Positions 9,774 to 20,055 of a DNA stretch of 64,000 nucleotides are shown one piece after another. Location: assembly GCA_020723065.1 (NCBI GenBank), contig DYJP01000005.1, positions 2,668 to 66,667 of the forward strand, read 5' to 3'. How positions within the stretch are numbered: the stretch's first letter is position 1; each line of letters begins with the position of its first letter. A program made the position numbers and the translations under genes. This stretch comes from Candidatus Micrarchaeum sp. (GTDB lineage: Archaea > Micrarchaeota > Micrarchaeia > CABMEP01). The notes beneath the pieces are model-generated. The model made no database searches, was not told where the DNA came from, and worked only from the letters and a program-made list of their open reading frames with translations.

Positions 9774-10463
9774 ATGAATCCAAAATTCAACAGGGAAGAA
9801 CAACAGGGCGTCTGGAACGCTATCGCAAAAGGATGGTCAGGCTGGAGAAACATGGCAAGAAAAGATGTCATCCAGTTTAGCGAAGACTGGAAAATAGGAA
9901 AGCTGCTTGATATCGGATGCGGAAGCGGAAGAAACTTATTCTATTTTGCAAGCAAAGGATTCGATTTCTATGGAATAGATTTCAGTAAAAATATGATCAG
10001 AGAAGCAAGAAAGAATCTCGAAAAAAGCAGAATAAACCTGAAACCAACAAAATCAAGGCAGAAGAATGAACGTCTCATAGCGGCAGACATGACCGATCTT
10101 CCATTCAGTGACGAATCCTTCGACTACTGCATATCGATTGCATCTTTTCACCACCTGCCAAAAGAAAGACAGAAAAAGGGACTGGACGAGATCAACCGAG
10201 TGCTCAAAAAGGACGGCGAATGCGTAATAAGCGTATGGAACAAGTATTCCTTCAAGCATCCCGGATTCTGGTTTTCTCCGAAGGAAACCTTTGTAGTGTG
10301 GAAAAGAAAGGAAAATGGAACACTAAAGCCGTACAACAGGTATTATTATCTGTTCAGCTACTCTGAATTCAAGAAACTGATTCTGAAAAGCGGATTCAGG
10401 ATCAAGAAATCAAGCGGAAGATTTGATGAAAACATAACTTTTCTCATTAAGAAAAAAGAATAA
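9774..10463 (+). CDS. Class I SAM-dependent methyltransferase
   Basis: Motif I LDIGCGSGRN. Acidic motif II DMTDLPF. Confidence 0.7.
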   Translation: MNPKFNREEQQGVWNAIAKGWSGWRNMARKDVIQFSEDWKIGKLLDIGCGSGRNLFYFASKGFDFYGIDFSKNMIREARKNLEKSRINLKPTKSRQKNERLIAADMTDLPFSDESFDYCISIASFHHLPKERQKKGLDEINRVLKKDGECVISVWNKYSFKHPGFWFSPKETFVVWKRKENGTLKPYNRYYYLFSYSEFKKLILKSGFRIKKSSGRFDENITFLIKKKE

Positions 10464-10633
10464 ACTTATTCATGTTCTTCAAATCGGCGAGAAACTTCTC
10501 CATCCTGTCGTTCAGATTTATATTAGCCGAATCCAGCGTTTTCTTGCCAAGATCAAGCCTGAAATTATTGGACATGACCATTAAATTATCCCTCAATAAA
10601 ATTGAATTCGTATCGAAATCAGTGAGATAGTCA

Positions 10634-10978
10634 TCAATTGTCTACTGGAATTTTCCTGTGGACCAGTACAAATGCAGGAAGTAGCATAAATATCCTGTCC
10701 TTTCCGATTCCGAATTTAGTTGAATATTTCAGCAACTGACCGCGTATTTCGGCTATCTGCTTCCTGGGATCTTTGCTGCTTTTTCCTGAATTGAACTTAG
10801 CCAGATATTTGCCTCCCTTTCTTTGGAAAAGAAAGCCTGCATCCAGCCTGCCTTCTAAGATAAACCTAAGGTCAGAACGAGTGTGGTAGGTTATCCTTGA
10901 AACCAAGAATTCGAATTCAGATGTCACAGGATTGTGATAGGTACATTCAAACCTTCCATCCTTGAAGCTTGTTTCCAC
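10634..10978 (-). CDS. Hypothetical protein. The upstream in-frame sequence is interrupted by a TAG.
   Basis: 114 aa with a GTG start in the track. The same frame continues upstream (MANIMDMKKEYYSRLDSRAKEL-TAG-SFSSKESPSL...). Possibly a pseudogene or a mis-called start. Confidence 0.35.
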   Translation of the reverse strand: METSFKDGRFECTYHNPVTSEFEFLVSRITYHTRSDLRFILEGRLDAGFLFQRKGGKYLAKFNSGKSSKDPRKQIAEIRGQLLKYSTKFGIGKDRIFMLLPAFVLVHRKIPVDN

Positions 10979-11172
10979 CTTCGCGGATAGATAAAGGGAA
11001 TGAATATCCTCAAGCGGAAGTGAAGGGCTTTCCTTGCTTGAAAAGCTCTACAACTCTTTTGCGCGAGAGTCGAGCCTTGAATAATATTCCTTCTTCATGT
11101 CCATTATATTAGCCATGTAAACCTAAATAAACAGGATGTAAATAATAGGATCTGAAAAAAAAGCGCTTAAAA

Positions 11173-11952
11173 TCACTTTATCTGCTGCATCCTGCCGAAG
11201 CTTATTATTCCAATCCAAGAGAAGACAATTCCCATCCCGATCAAAACAAGAATGTCGTAGTAAAGCGGGAAAACGCTTGAGCCAAGAATGACACTCCTTA
11301 ATGCATCCACTCCGTAAGTCAAGGGATCAAATGCGGAAGCGGCTTTCAAAAAATCTGGAAGGTTCGAAGCACCAACATCAAACAAGGCGCCACTGAAAAA
11401 GAAAAGGGGCCAAACTACAAAGTTCTGAACCATGCCAAAACCTTCCTGGGTCGACATGTTCGACCCTATGACCAATCCCAGCGCCACCATAGACCAGGTG
11501 ATAAGGGCCATGACCAAAAGTATTGGAATTATATTAAGCAAAGGGAACTGGATAAGCAGAATAAAGCCTAGCACCAATAGGATAAACCCCTGAATCATCG
11601 AATCAGTGATTCCGCCCAAAAGCTTTCCGAAAAACACCGTGCTCCTGGAGACAGGCGCAACCAAAACTTCCTTGAGGAAGTCGAGCTTCCTGTCCCAAAT
11701 TATGTAAACCCCGAAAAATACTGAAGAGAATAATACGGACATTGTCAGTATACCAGGAAATATAAACTGCTGGTAGTTTCCGCCTTCGGTTTGAATGGAT
11801 CCTCCTATACCACCTCCGAATATGAAAAGCCAGAGCAACGGCGAAATGAAAGAAGCAATCACCCTCTCCTTCTCCCTGAAATAGACTTTAATCTCCCTCA
11901 GCCATATCGCATAAATTCCTTTCATGCTCACCATAATAACCACGACCATCAA
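11173..11952 (-). CDS. ABC-2 type transporter permease
   Basis: 259 aa, six TM helices, ABC-2 topology. Directly downstream of the ATPase gene. Confidence 0.7.
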   Translation of the reverse strand: MMVVVIMVSMKGIYAIWLREIKVYFREKERVIASFISPLLWLFIFGGGIGGSIQTEGGNYQQFIFPGILTMSVLFSSVFFGVYIIWDRKLDFLKEVLVAPVSRSTVFFGKLLGGITDSMIQGFILLVLGFILLIQFPLLNIIPILLVMALITWSMVALGLVIGSNMSTQEGFGMVQNFVVWPLFFFSGALFDVGASNLPDFLKAASAFDPLTYGVDALRSVILGSSVFPLYYDILVLIGMGIVFSWIGIISFGRMQQIK

Positions 11953-11973
11953 TTACTTCTAACTATCACTAAC

Positions 11974-12945
11974 TCATCTTGTCGTCTTGTATGTTGCAAT
12001 CCTATTAAAGAATGAATCCTTGCCATTCTCCTCATTTATAGAATGACCAGTATAGTGAAGAAAAACATCATCGAGGGAAACTCTTCTAACTTCAACAGAA
12101 TCAATCTCTCCTACATAAGAAAGAATCTTTTGAAGATTTTTCGCCGCGTTCTCCACCACCAAATCGACATGCTTCCCTTCCTTTTCGAATGTAACCTTTT
12201 TTACGCACTTCATTTTTTCAAATTTGGACTTGTCAACCTTCCCTTTTATCCGGACCACATCTTCTCCTATCGTACCTTTCAACTGATCACTAGTGCCTTG
12301 AATAACAATCTTCCCTTTGTCTATTATTGCAATCTGATCGCAAAGCGCGTCGGCCTCTTCCAGATAGTGAGTTGTAAGTATGGTAGTTATATTTTTCTCT
12401 TTTGTGACCTTTTCTATGTATTTCCATATATTCCTTCTGCTTGCTGGATCTAAACCTAAAGTTGGTTCGTCTAGGAAAAGTATCTTCGGCATATGCAGCA
12501 GGCCTCTTGCTATCTCCAATCTTCTTCTCATTCCGCCGGAATAGGCCCTCACAAGATCGTCCGCTCTGTCTGTAAGCTCAACAAGCTCAAGCATTTCATC
12601 TATCCTTTCCTTTGCAACCTTTGAATCCATCCCATAGAGCAATGCATGAAGCTCAAGATTCTCTCTTCCAGTAAGAAGATCGTCAACGCTCGGCTCCTGG
12701 AAAACTATTCCAATATTTTCCCTTACTTTAAGTGGCTCCTTTATGACATCGTGGCCCGCAACGAATGCCTTACCCGAGGAAGGAATTATCAAGGTAGAAA
12801 GCATGCTAATCGTGGTTGTTTTGCCAGCTCCATTGGGGCCGAGAAGCCCGAATATCTCTCCTTCGGCTATCGAAATGGAAATCTTGTCCACTGCTGTAAA
12901 GTCTTCGAATCTTTTTGTCAACTCTTTTATCTCAATTGAAGGCAT
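11974..12945 (-). CDS. ABC transporter ATP-binding protein
   Basis: Walker A GPNGAGKTT. Signature LSGGMRRRL. Walker B ILFLDEPTLGLD. Confidence 0.85.
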   Translation of the reverse strand: MPSIEIKELTKRFEDFTAVDKISISIAEGEIFGLLGPNGAGKTTTISMLSTLIIPSSGKAFVAGHDVIKEPLKVRENIGIVFQEPSVDDLLTGRENLELHALLYGMDSKVAKERIDEMLELVELTDRADDLVRAYSGGMRRRLEIARGLLHMPKILFLDEPTLGLDPASRRNIWKYIEKVTKEKNITTILTTHYLEEADALCDQIAIIDKGKIVIQGTSDQLKGTIGEDVVRIKGKVDKSKFEKMKCVKKVTFEKEGKHVDLVVENAAKNLQKILSYVGEIDSVEVRRVSLDDVFLHYTGHSINEENGKDSFFNRIATYKTTR

Positions 12946-13007
12946 AATATCACATGAAATGTTGTTTACAGGAAATAATTATTCATATGAAATGATTATT
13001 ATTTTAA

Positions 13008-13736
13008 TCAAAAGTCTAATTTGACTTGCTTTGTCTTAAACTTCGCTTCCGCAATTATCCGCTTAGCAGTGGACCATTCCGTCCTTAAGTATTTTAAAAG
13101 AACTGGATTGTCCACATTATCCTTTATGCATTGTATGGTAAGCTCGTCGTGCGGATAGCCTGTCCCAAAATCGCAACCTATCTCTTTCTTTATCTTCTCA
13201 ATTTCTTCGTCTCTAGTTACCTTTGCTATGATGGAGGCGGCACTCGCAATAGGATATACAACGTCCGCTTTATGAGAAGAATGGAGCTTCGAAGAGATTA
13301 CCGCATCTGAAGGAAAATGAGACTTTATCCTATTGGTAAATCGTTCTGCAACAGTATCGGGAGAATCAATATATATTCTGTCAACTTGCTTTGCAATGTC
13401 TAAATCAATCTCCAGCAACGCCTTCGACACAAACATAGCCTCTATCTCATTGAGGCTCACTCCCTTTTTCATGAGTGAATTGATTTCCTTTGCAGTTATC
13501 TTCTGAACGTGAATATGGCAGTATTTCTTAATCTCCCTAGCCAACTCCTCCCTTTTCTCAGGAGCAAGCATCTTGGAATCCTTAACACCTAGACTTTTAA
13601 GGAAAGGCTCCTTGTCTTTCTCACAAAGCGCAACGCACAGAACAAGCGGGCCTAAAACTGGACCTCTTCCAGCTTCATCCGCCCCTCCTACGACTCTTCC
13701 ATTTAGCTTGAAATGTACGCTCTTCATAATGATCAT
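13008..13736 (-). CDS. rnhB: Ribonuclease HII
   Basis: GADEAGRGPVLGPLV catalytic motif. Length 242 aa. Confidence 0.8.
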   Translation of the reverse strand: MIIMKSVHFKLNGRVVGGADEAGRGPVLGPLVLCVALCEKDKEPFLKSLGVKDSKMLAPEKREELAREIKKYCHIHVQKITAKEINSLMKKGVSLNEIEAMFVSKALLEIDLDIAKQVDRIYIDSPDTVAERFTNRIKSHFPSDAVISSKLHSSHKADVVYPIASAASIIAKVTRDEEIEKIKKEIGCDFGTGYPHDELTIQCIKDNVDNPVLLKYLRTEWSTAKRIIAEAKFKTKQVKLDF

Positions 13737-13742
13737 CTTGTA

Positions 13743-14099
13743 TCATAATTTGATTTTATAGTAAGCATAGGAAAATATAGATGCGAGGATAAGAAACACA
13801 ACGAATGCAACCCCTATTGCTTTCAAGACACCTATCTTCGGAGCGAAGTATATTATGGAATACATATAAGGTATCCAGCTAACTATGGTCCCGAGCAACA
13901 CGAATGTAGCATGCTCGGAGATCTGTTGCGGAGTTCCGAAATCGCCTATGAAAAGATAGCTGAGCCACGTCAAAATCGGGAATAGCATCGCTATTCTTGA
14001 AAGAAACGTGTAGCCTGATTCCTCAAAGAACACCACAGTGGATACTACCAATCCACCTATGATGAAATAAAATAGATAACGCAATAGGTCTAAAGCCAT
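13743..14099 (-). CDS. Hypothetical membrane protein (four TM)
   Basis: 118 aa, strongly hydrophobic. Confidence 0.4.
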   Translation of the reverse strand: MALDLLRYLFYFIIGGLVVSTVVFFEESGYTFLSRIAMLFPILTWLSYLFIGDFGTPQQISEHATFVLLGTIVSWIPYMYSIIYFAPKIGVLKAIGVAFVVFLILASIFSYAYYKIKL

Positions 14100-14171
14100 A
14101 ATAATGATTGTTAGACAAATTTCATAAAGGATATGTTTACAGTAAAAAAATAATAAAAAAAATAAAATCTT

Positions 14172-15035
14172 TTACTTCTTGTTGGCTTCGAGGAGTTGCA
14201 TAATGGTCCTTGAGATATTGGCTGCCTCGTTTTCCTTGTAGAAGTCGATTGTCCTCATGAACAGCTCAGTATGGGTAATTCCAGGGTACTTTATCGCCTT
14301 CCTAGTGATCTCGAAGATAGTCTTCATCTTGTAGTCAAGGCTGAGCTTCTCACTGTCCATCACGTAGTTAAACACCTTCTCATATATCTCTCTTCCACAT
14401 TCCGGACTGATTTTTGCTGCAAGCGCCTGCTCATAGACTTCGACCAGTCTATCGGCCTTCTCCTCAATTCGTCTCTCCTTATCGATCTCGGTTTTAAGAA
14501 GCTTATCGATCATAAGTTCGAAAGCGCTCGGAACTGAAATGACATGTCCATTCTCAAGTTTCTCGTTGGAAATCTCTATACTTGCGAGAACCCTACATGC
14601 GCTATTAATATACTCGTTCGAAAGAACCGGAAGGCCAAACGAATTCTTCTCAGTAAGCAGGAAATCTATGATGTTATAGTAAAGATTTTCATCCTGGACC
14701 TGTGCAATTGCTGCACTCTGCCCCAAGGACTCTACATGAAGATAGATCTTTTCCACTCGGTATGACTTCAAGTGTTCAAAAGCATTCCTATAAAAAGCAG
14801 GATCTCTTATCGGCGTCGGAAGCTCGCTTACTGTTGCCGCAAGATTAATTATCTTATTGATTTCCTTGGCCTCGATGTACTTCTCGAGCTGTCTAAAGAA
14901 TCTGATTTCCTCTTTACTCTTACGCTCAACCTTTTCAATAAGCGCAGTTTCGGATGCTGGCTTGGAATCATTGAATGTTACCTCTCTCTGATTCGAGCTC
15001 AAAGTCTTAATTGTTTTCTTGCATTTCGGAGTCAT
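14172..15035 (-). CDS. Hypothetical protein
   Basis: 287-aa ORF. No recognisable motifs. Confidence 0.45.
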   Translation of the reverse strand: MTPKCKKTIKTLSSNQREVTFNDSKPASETALIEKVERKSKEEIRFFRQLEKYIEAKEINKIINLAATVSELPTPIRDPAFYRNAFEHLKSYRVEKIYLHVESLGQSAAIAQVQDENLYYNIIDFLLTEKNSFGLPVLSNEYINSACRVLASIEISNEKLENGHVISVPSAFELMIDKLLKTEIDKERRIEEKADRLVEVYEQALAAKISPECGREIYEKVFNYVMDSEKLSLDYKMKTIFEITRKAIKYPGITHTELFMRTIDFYKENEAANISRTIMQLLEANKK

Positions 15036-15245
15036 ATTATTTACCTCTACAAACCTGAATGAAAATCAATCTTCAAATCGATTAATTTTCAACAAAATAA
15101 ACACTCAAAAGTTATTTATATACATTTTGGTAGGGCGCTTCATTTAACTTCAATGAAATTAATTTAAAAAACGCATAAAAAAACAAATTTAAGCCTGAAA
15201 AAAGCGCACGAAAGGATAGTTATTTAAACTATAATATTATCATAT

Positions 15246-15261
15246 ATACTATATATAGAGT
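15246..15261. promoter_or_regulatory. Candidate NrdR box (atACTATATATAGagt, perfect palindrome CTATATATAG) about 80 bp upstream of nrdR. Could equally be the TATA box.
   Basis: Matches about 13 of 16 positions of the bacterial NrdR-box consensus acaCwAtATaTwGtgt. A related ACTATATG element lies upstream of nrdJ. Confidence 0.3.
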
Positions 15262-15337
15262 TAAATGACACATACATATCACAATCAATAGTATTTATTT
15301 GAAAAAAAAATCTAATGAAAAAACAAAAGGTGAAGAT

Positions 15338-15796
15338 ATGAAATGCCCGTTCTGCGGTCACGAAGACACAGATGTCATCGATTCAAGGGACACTGAAGAC
15401 CTCAATGCGATAAGAAGGAGAAGGGAATGCCCCACCTGCAAGAAAAGATTCACCACATACGAAAGGCCCGAAGAAAGCGTCATCATAGTGATAAAGAGGG
15501 ACGGCAGAAGGGAGAAGTTCGACAAACAGAAGCTCATTAACAGCATACTCAAGTCCATTGGAAAAAGGCCGATCAGCTACAACAAGGTAATCGAAATCGT
15601 CGAAAGCATAGAGAGAGAGCTGAGGTCCAAGCAGTCCGAGGAGATAAACAGCACCACGATCGGAGAAATGGTTCTCAGAAGGCTTAAGAAGCTCGACGAC
15701 ATAGCATACATAAGATTCGCCGCAGTATACAAGGAATTCAAGGAACTCGGAGACATTGTCAATGAAATAAAAATGCTGCAGAAGCAAAAGAAATAA
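15338..15796 (+). CDS. nrdR: Transcriptional repressor NrdR (zinc ribbon plus ATP-cone)
   Basis: MKCPFCGH...CPTCKKRFTTYER zinc ribbon followed by an ATP-cone. AGGTGA 6 nt upstream of this ATG. The track start at 15299 is a TTG. Confidence 0.85.
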   Translation: MKCPFCGHEDTDVIDSRDTEDLNAIRRRRECPTCKKRFTTYERPEESVIIVIKRDGRREKFDKQKLINSILKSIGKRPISYNKVIEIVESIERELRSKQSEEINSTTIGEMVLRRLKKLDDIAYIRFAAVYKEFKELGDIVNEIKMLQKQKK

Positions 15797-16080
15797 CTTC
15801 GTTAAACATCAACTAAAAATTCTCCGAAATCTTACGAGATAAAAAACTGAATAAACACTGCAACAAATCTTAAAATAGCTTATTTTTCATTTTATTTTTT
15901 ATTTATTTGATATTTTAATATTTATTTTTCCCTAAAACAATTAAAAATATAATCAAAAACTAATTCTATGTTATAAAATAGCTACATGATTTTTCATGAT
16001 ACAGAGAAATCAACGTCGGAGTGAAAACATTTATAAACTAAAAATACAAACACAACTAGTAGTTTATGAAAATAAATGAT

Positions 16081-16098
16081 ACCACTATATGATGTGAT
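16081..16098. promoter_or_regulatory. Weak NrdR-box-like element (accACTATATGATGTGat) about 210 bp upstream of nrdJ
   Basis: Shares the ACTATAT core with the element upstream of nrdR. About 12 of 16 positions match the consensus. Confidence 0.2.
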
Positions 16099-16308
16099 AA
16101 GGAAAAAATTAATGGAATATGAGGGTATTCCAATAAACAAAAATCTCAGAAAAGAGAATCCGAAAAGCAACAAAGAAAAGTGCATGAAAAATCGAAAAAC
16201 ACGATAGTGAAATCATATTTGTAACCAAACGAAATAAAGAAAGATACAGGAGAGGCACATAAAAACACAACGCGTAGAATAAATACTCTAAAAAATATAG
16301 GTGAATCA

Positions 16309-19170
16309 ATGACAAAAACAGAAATAGAAATACCGGAATACAAATTCCAGAGATTATTCACCAAGAATGGCGTACACCCGTTCGATATGGTGATGTGGGA
16401 GAAGAGAGACTCAGTTATAATGGACTCGAAAGGAAAGAAGATCTTCGAGCAGAAGGATGTCGAAATACCTACATCGTGGTCCCAGACCGCAACAAACATT
16501 GCAGTCTCCAAATATTTCAGAGGGAAGATAGGAACTCCCCAGAGAGAGACTAGCGTAAAACAAATGATAAGCAGGGTGGTTGACACAATAGTCGAATGGG
16601 GAAAGAAAGACGGCTACTTTAATTCTGCTGAAGAAGTGGCGACGTTCAACGATGAACTTACTTACATACTACTTAACCAGATGGCTGCGTTCAACAGCCC
16701 GGTCTGGTTTAACTTTGGAATAGAGAAAAGACCACAAGGATCCGCATGCTTCATCAACTCCGTGGAGGACGACATGAAATCAATACTCACGCTCGCAGTT
16801 ACAGAAGGAATGCTGTTCAAGTACGGTTCCGGAGCGGGATCAAACCTGTCTGTATTGAGATCGTCCAGAGAATATTTATCTAGCGGAGGAAGAGCCTCTG
16901 GCCCGGTCTCTTTCATGAAGGGATACGACGCATTCGCAGGCGTAATTAAGTCCGGAGGAAAGACTAGGAGGGCAGCAAAGATGGTCATCCTTAATATAGA
17001 CCATCCGGACATTAAGGAATTCATCTGGTGCAAGGCGAAGGAAGAGAAAAAGGCCAAGGAGCTAGTCAAGCTCGGATATGACGGCTCACTGGACGGAGAT
17101 GTTTATGCGAACATATTCTTCCAGAACGCTAACAATTCAGTCAGAGTGAACGACGAATTCATGACTGCGGTCAAGCAGGGCAAGGAATTTTCCACAAAAT
17201 ACGTTTCTGATGGGAAAGAATGTGAAAAGTACGATGCAAAGACGCTTCTCAACGAAATCGCTCAGGCCACCTGGGAATGCGGAGACCCCGGAATGCAGTA
17301 CGACACCACGATAAATAAGTGGCACACCTGCAAAGCAAGCGGAAGGATAAACGCATCCAACCCGTGCTCTGAATTCATGTTCCTTGACGATTCTGCGTGC
17401 AACCTCGCTTCGATCAACCTCATGAAATTCCTTGATACAGAGACTGGTAGATTTGATATTGAGAGATTCAAGCACACTATCGCATTACTGATAACTGCAC
17501 AGGAAATAATCGTAGGAAACGCCTCCTATCCGACAGCGGCAATAGAAAGAAACTCGATTGACTTCAGACCGCTCGGATTGGGATACGCGAACCTCGGGGC
17601 GCTGCTCATGGCCACAGGTTTGCCTTATGACAGCGACGAAGGCAGGAACTACGCGGCGGCTATCACTTCCGTGATGACAGGATACGCGTATTACATCTCG
17701 GCTTCGCTGGCGAAGAGGATGGGGCCGTTCAAACAGTACCACATGAACAAGGATTCCATGATGGAAGTGATGAACATGCACCTCAACGCTACTAAGGAAA
17801 TAGGCGAGAAGGGGGTGCCCCACTACCTGCACAAGGCGGCGGTGGAGGTCTGGCAGTCCGCGTTCTCGCAGGGATCGCTATACGGATACAGGAACGCGCA
17901 GGTCTCCGTGCTTGCGCCGACCGGAACGATAGGGTTCCTCATGGACTGTGACACTACGGGAATAGAGCCGGATATGGCTCTTGTAAAGTACAAATGGCTC
18001 GTGGGAGGAGGAATGATGAAAATCGTCAACTCCACGATTCCGATAGCATTGAAGAAGCTCGGATACGACCAGACTCAGACCGACGCGATACTCAAGTACA
18101 TAGACGACAACGACACGATAGAGGGCGCGCCTCACATAAAGCAGGAGCACCTTCCAGTGTTCGACTGCGCGTTCAAGTCTGCGAAAGGAAGCAGATTCAT
18201 TAGTTATCTTGGTCACATCAAGATGATGGCTGCAGTCCAGCCGTTCATTTCCGGAGCGATTTCAAAGACTGTTAACATGCCGAAAGAATCCACAACTGAA
18301 GACATCTACAACGCATACCTGACATCCTGGGAGTTGGGCCTCAAGGCAATCGCTATATACAGAGACGGATCCAAGGGAGTCCAGCCCGTCACGCTCACCA
18401 AAGAGGTGAAGGAGGTAGATAAGATCGAAACTGCGACCAAGTTGGAGATCAAATCTGAAGTGAGAGAGGTTATCAAGGAAGTAATAGTCAACAAGCCTAT
18501 GAGGCGGAAGCTTCCCGATGAAAGGAAATCATTGACACACAAGTTCAGTATTTCCGGACACGAAGGATACATCACCGTCGGACTGTACGAGAACGGACAG
18601 CCTGGAGAGATTTTCATCACCATGTCGAAGGAAGGAAGCTCCATATCGGGAATGATGGACGCGTTCTCAACGTCAATCTCCATCGCCTTGCAATACGGAG
18701 TTCCGGTAAAAACCTTGGTGAAAAAGTTCGCGCACATGCGATTTGAACCCTCCGGATACACTTCACACCCGAACATAAGGTATGCGAAGTCTCTGATGGA
18801 CTACATATTCAGGTGGATGGCCTTGAAGTTTCTATCAAGAGAGGAACAGATGGAAGTTGGCTTAAATCTTGACATAGAAGAGACCATAACGAGCTATGTA
18901 GAGAAAGAAACCGCTCCGGAACCGCAAACTGTAAAGACAATCCCAACGGTTGAAAATAAGGCACTGGGATCTCCACCAGGAGACAATGTAACCACCATAG
19001 GGAGCGAAGCTCCAGTCGCGATAGAAATGAAAGCCGAAACCAAGAACAGCAAGATTGCATTCCAGAACAGCGAGGATTCTCCAATGTGCCACTTCTGCGG
19101 CGCGATAATGGTAAGGAACGGGACATGTTACAAGTGCCTCAACTGCGGAGCTACAAGCGGATGCAGCTGA
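16309..19170 (+). CDS. nrdJ: Class II (adenosylcobalamin-dependent) ribonucleotide reductase with C-terminal zinc ribbon
   Basis: 953 aa. RNR ten-strand barrel motifs (NPCSEF, active-site Cys). C-terminal CHFCG...CYKCLNCG. AGGTGA Shine-Dalgarno motif. Confidence 0.85.
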   Translation: MTKTEIEIPEYKFQRLFTKNGVHPFDMVMWEKRDSVIMDSKGKKIFEQKDVEIPTSWSQTATNIAVSKYFRGKIGTPQRETSVKQMISRVVDTIVEWGKKDGYFNSAEEVATFNDELTYILLNQMAAFNSPVWFNFGIEKRPQGSACFINSVEDDMKSILTLAVTEGMLFKYGSGAGSNLSVLRSSREYLSSGGRASGPVSFMKGYDAFAGVIKSGGKTRRAAKMVILNIDHPDIKEFIWCKAKEEKKAKELVKLGYDGSLDGDVYANIFFQNANNSVRVNDEFMTAVKQGKEFSTKYVSDGKECEKYDAKTLLNEIAQATWECGDPGMQYDTTINKWHTCKASGRINASNPCSEFMFLDDSACNLASINLMKFLDTETGRFDIERFKHTIALLITAQEIIVGNASYPTAAIERNSIDFRPLGLGYANLGALLMATGLPYDSDEGRNYAAAITSVMTGYAYYISASLAKRMGPFKQYHMNKDSMMEVMNMHLNATKEIGEKGVPHYLHKAAVEVWQSAFSQGSLYGYRNAQVSVLAPTGTIGFLMDCDTTGIEPDMALVKYKWLVGGGMMKIVNSTIPIALKKLGYDQTQTDAILKYIDDNDTIEGAPHIKQEHLPVFDCAFKSAKGSRFISYLGHIKMMAAVQPFISGAISKTVNMPKESTTEDIYNAYLTSWELGLKAIAIYRDGSKGVQPVTLTKEVKEVDKIETATKLEIKSEVREVIKEVIVNKPMRRKLPDERKSLTHKFSISGHEGYITVGLYENGQPGEIFITMSKEGSSISGMMDAFSTSISIALQYGVPVKTLVKKFAHMRFEPSGYTSHPNIRYAKSLMDYIFRWMALKFLSREEQMEVGLNLDIEETITSYVEKETAPEPQTVKTIPTVENKALGSPPGDNVTTIGSEAPVAIEMKAETKNSKIAFQNSEDSPMCHFCGAIMVRNGTCYKCLNCGATSGCS

Positions 19171-19174
19171 GTCC

Positions 19175-19197
19175 TTTTTTTATTTTTTAATTTTTTT
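19175..19197 (+). terminator. Oligo-T archaeal-type terminator after nrdJ
   Basis: Three T6-T7 runs immediately after the nrdJ stop. Confidence 0.35.
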
Positions 19198-19253
19198 ATA
19201 AATCCATAATCTGTTTTTTAAAAGTTTAATAATCTTAAGAGACAGATAATAAC

Positions 19254-19859
19254 ATGAACTCAAAAAACCTATCCATACTTATATCAATTGCAGTAGTCTC
19301 GTTATTTATTCTCGCTGCAGGATGCGTAGGTAAAGTACCTACGGTCCAAGGTTATTCAGATACGACAACAGACGCCGCATTAGGCAACTCGACAGGTGAA
19401 AATATGGCGAAAAACAATCTATCTTCAAACTCAAACCCAGTGGTCATTTTCGTGACGACAAAAGGAACGTTCAAGGCCGAAATATACCAAAACAAGGTCC
19501 CGGTCACTGCAGCAAACTTCCTAAAGCTGGTTAACAGCGGATTCTACAACAACCTGACATTCCACAGGTATGTTCCTGGATTCGTAATCCAGGGAGGAGA
19601 CCCTTCCGGAGACGGGACTGGAGGAAGCAACGAAACCATTCCGCTCGAAATAGTTCCGGAACTGACCCATGTCAAGGGCTCGCTGGGAATGGCGAGGACA
19701 AACGACCCCAACAGCGCATCAAGCCAGTTCTATATTTCTCTCGAGGATATACACAACCTTGACGGCTCGTATGCCGTATTCGGACAGGTAGTAGAAGGCA
19801 TGGATGTGGTCCTCAAGCTCAGACAGGACGACAGAATGACTAAAGTCAGTGTGGAATAA
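19254..19859 (+). CDS. Cyclophilin-type peptidyl-prolyl isomerase, predicted secreted lipoprotein
   Basis: Signal peptide ending in the lipobox-like LAAGC. Cyclophilin core FHRYVPGFVIQGGDPSGDGTGG. Confidence 0.8.
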   Translation: MNSKNLSILISIAVVSLFILAAGCVGKVPTVQGYSDTTTDAALGNSTGENMAKNNLSSNSNPVVIFVTTKGTFKAEIYQNKVPVTAANFLKLVNSGFYNNLTFHRYVPGFVIQGGDPSGDGTGGSNETIPLEIVPELTHVKGSLGMARTNDPNSASSQFYISLEDIHNLDGSYAVFGQVVEGMDVVLKLRQDDRMTKVSVE

Positions 19860-20055
19860 TACTTAAATCTATCATTTCTGCTGTTTTGCATCTTTTATTA
19901 TTTTTGCAATATTATTTCCAAAGTTTACTGCCCCATATATACAGAACGCACAATCTTATTTTAAATTGGCATAATCATGAAGCCCAATCCAAATTCTATT
20001 TGAAAAACAGAAGATATTAAAAACTCCACAAATAAATGAATATTAGTGAAATCAT

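Noticed and set aside
16662-18776. Multiple 100-150-aa minus-strand ORFs inside nrdJ
   Set aside because: All are antisense to the confidently identified RNR gene.
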